Shown here: positions 61,146-64,000 of the stretch, in pieces | Layout: every line of letters starts with the position of its first letter | Numbering within the stretch: the stretch's first letter is position 1 | Source: Neocallimastix sp. 'constans' | Taxonomy: Eukaryota | DNA: 64,000 nt | Reading direction: 5' to 3' | Assembly (NCBI GenBank): GCA_050613775.1 | Contig: JBODTK010000158.1 | Span: forward strand, 248,001-312,000 | Notes under the pieces: generated by a model | Databases searched by the model: none | Told to the model about the DNA's origin: nothing | Seen by the model: the letters and a program-made list of their open reading frames with translations, nothing else | Made by a program: the position numbers and the translations under genes

Positions 61146-63144
61146 TATTAGTAATAGACAAATTAAATTACATATATTAATATAAATATATGTAACTTAT
61201 AATAATTAGTATATTTAATATCTTATTAATACTAGTAATAAATTATAATAATTAGCATAAATATACACATGACTTATAATTCAATGACAGATTTAATTAT
61301 ATATATAATATGTATTATACCATATATTTATTCAATATAATTACCTTTTTTATTATTTATTAATAATAATAAATAAACTTTATATTTTAATTACATTTAA
61401 TAGATTAAGAGACTTTTTTTTTTCTATTATGAATATCTATAATTTATGAATTCCCCAAAAACTTAATGGTAAATACTTTGATGACTGGTTTCTTTTTATC
61501 AAAAATTATCTTATCCGGAAAAACCTTTATGAGTTCATCGAACATAACAGTGAGTCAAAATCCTTATTTCAACACTAACTATAAAGTACACAATTTACCT
61601 ATTCTATACAATACTGAATCTGATAAACATTCAAATTTAATATGGCTTTATGCCATTGGGCCATTCTTATCATAATAATATTAAAAAAATATCTAAAACT
61701 CAACAAAGTTAAACAAATTTTTGCGCTGCTTGTTTAATATCAAAAATCAATTAAAGACCATTCAAAAGTCCTACTTCTGAGGTATCAAAATTCTAGAAAT
61801 AATTCATTCCAATATTGTTGGTCCCCTGGAAATCTCATTTTCTAATAAGAAATATTTCATATATTTTATCGATAAATTTCATAAGAATCTTGGATATAGA
61901 TATATCTCCTTGAAAATATATCTGAAGTTACAGATATCATTTTACGTTGTTTAAAATTTATTAATAATTACTATTATGATAAAAAAAAATTTCAAATCTG
62001 ATAATAGAAAGGAGTATAAGAATAAAAGAATTATAAAATGCTGTAATAACAGTGGAGTTAGTAAAATTTTTATAACTCCATAAAACCCCAGATAAACAGT
62101 TTTGCCTAAAGGTTTAATCACACTATTAATAATAGATCAAGTACGATATAATACATGGCAAAATTTAGTAAATTTATGAGATTTCTTCATTATTTATGTA
62201 ACCTATTTTTATAGCATTACCTCACATTCTAGATACACAACAAAATCCAAATAAATTATTTTGAAAAACAAATATTAACTAAAGTATCTCATATTATAAA
62301 AAAAGAAATAGTAAAAAAGTCGAACTAAAATCCAAGAAAGGAATCTTATTAGGTATAGATTTAAACAAACAGTTATATAATTATGGTTATTTTCAGCAAG
62401 AGAGTTAAATTTATTAGAGAAGCAATCTTTTATGAAGGCATTCCTGAAAACTAAAAAATAAATAATTATAATAACAACTTGAATAATACCAATTAGTCAA
62501 AACAAATAAGTATCAAGAAAATTAACATTTACAGTGTTGATGATTACTATAATAATAATCATAATACTAACAATGAAAATAATCATAATGAAAATAATCA
62601 TAATAATAATATGTCTAATTTTAAAAGTATTGAAAACGGTTAAGTAAACAAAAAACTAAAACGCATTTCTATTAAATATTGTTTTAATTGAAATAATTTA
62701 AAAAATTATATATATATTATTTTAAAATATATAAACAAATTGACGAAATGCTTACAGATGAGCTAACTAAAAAACGTCGATGGATCCAAAATAGAAAGTT
62801 TATAAATCTCTATATACTTTATAAAGAATTACATTTTTTATATTTATAAATTTTTTTTATTCAAATATTATAAATTTATATCTCTTAAGCAAAAATTTTA
62901 AATGGGAATATTAGCAATAAGCAAATTAATTTAGAGTTATTTATACTAATTAGTGTATAAGTAATATTCTAGCAATAAATTTATAATTATTAGCTATAGA
63001 TATGCATACTTGATTTATAATAAAAAGACACATTTAATAATATAAATATCATATATTTTAACATATTTAATCATTATAATTACCTTTTTATTATTCAATA
63101 ATAATAAATAAATTTTGTATATTTTAATCATATTTAATATAACA
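61146..63144 (+). mobile_element. Decayed, internally deleted Ty1/copia LTR retrotransposon (LTRs ~61146-61401 and ~62909-63144)
   Basis: Diverged direct repeats beginning TATTAG(T/C)AATA..CAAATTAA and sharing ATAATTACCTTTTT..TAATAATAAATAAA. Internal remnants: GAG-pre-integrase (W..LGH..CAAC), integrase 'LEIIHSNIVGP..KYFIYFIDKF' and 'FKSDNRKEY', and RNase H tail 'MLTDELTK'. Purine tract AAATGGGAA precedes the 3' LTR. Confidence 0.85.
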
Positions 63145-63198
63145 ATATATTAATAAATTTTTACACTTAATTTTTATTTATTTGTAATATTTAACTAA

Positions 63199-63316
63199 CC
63201 CTTTCGTATATGGCTTATTTTTTAATAATTAAATAAATAATATTCAATTGTAAAAATCCCTTTCGTATATGGATTATTTTTTAATAATTAAATAAATAAT
63301 ATTCAATTGTAAAAAT
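63199..63316. repeat. Tandem duplication, 2 x 59 bp (CCCTTTCGTATATGG...GTAAAAAT)
   Basis: Copies start at 63199 and 63258 and differ by one substitution. Confidence 0.9.
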
Positions 63317-64000
63317 AATTTTTTATAATTCTTTTTTAATAGAATCATTTTTCTTTATTATTAAATTATATATTTAAATATGTTTATTATATTTTTATTA
63401 TTTATTATTTATATATTTAATTATTTAATTATTTATATATTTATGACTGAATAGAATATTTTAAAAACGTATGGCTTTATTTTAAAATATTTATAAACCA
63501 TATTGCGAAATGCATGCATCACATACTTATTATTTAGGGTTAGAATAATGAATTTTAATAAATAAAGTGAAATGAGGATCCTGAATTTCTCAATGTGGCG
63601 TATAAAATATTTTAAATAAAAATTTCTATTTCCCTTCAATTATAATATAGATGATTATTGAAATTTTTTTGATATTCTTCAACTCAACCTTCGAAATTAA
63701 ATAAAATTTATATTTCTACTATTTAATTTAATTTATTTTATCTCTTATTCTATTTTATTTTATTCAATCTGTGCTTTATATATCTACTATTTAATTTAAT
63801 TTTATTTATTTATTTGCAAAATATATAATTAAATAATATAAAAAGATTGATAGACAAATAATGCAATGAATTATCATTAAATATTTTACGATTTTAATTT
63901 AAATATAAAAATTATGTATTAATTTTAATAAATATTTTAGCATAAAGTAATGATATTACTTGAAAAAAAAAATATATATACAAAAAATTATAAATAATAA

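Noticed and set aside
63534..63543. TTAGGGTTAG as a telomeric repeat
   Set aside because: Under two units and internal; not an array.

Overview
Extremely AT-rich, intron-rich eukaryotic DNA with (TTA)n, poly-A and (ATTTT)n microsatellites. The style and gene content fit an anaerobic gut fungus (Neocallimastigomycota); this assignment is inference. Ten spliced genes can be reconstructed by hand: a RasGEF (5' truncated), a tail-anchored thioredoxin, PRP43, an organelle-type SHMT, LSM1, mannose-6-phosphate isomerase, DNA2, RTP1/TANGO6, RRP17 and TFB3/MAT1. The standout is an intronless 1521-aa secreted, probably surface-anchored protein built from bacterial-looking modules. It has a transglutaminase-like domain with Cys->Ser and His->Glu at the catalytic positions, plus Ig-like, B-repeat-like and cadherin-like segments, and is a candidate horizontally acquired pseudoenzyme adhesin. 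Next to it lie a homogeneous 19 x 47-bp tandem array and an unannotated, internally duplicated micro-gene. Mobile DNA includes an internally deleted Ty1/copia element with both LTRs, a copia gag relic and a fold-back/MITE-like inverted-repeat element. No CRISPR array, rRNA or tRNA gene was recognised.
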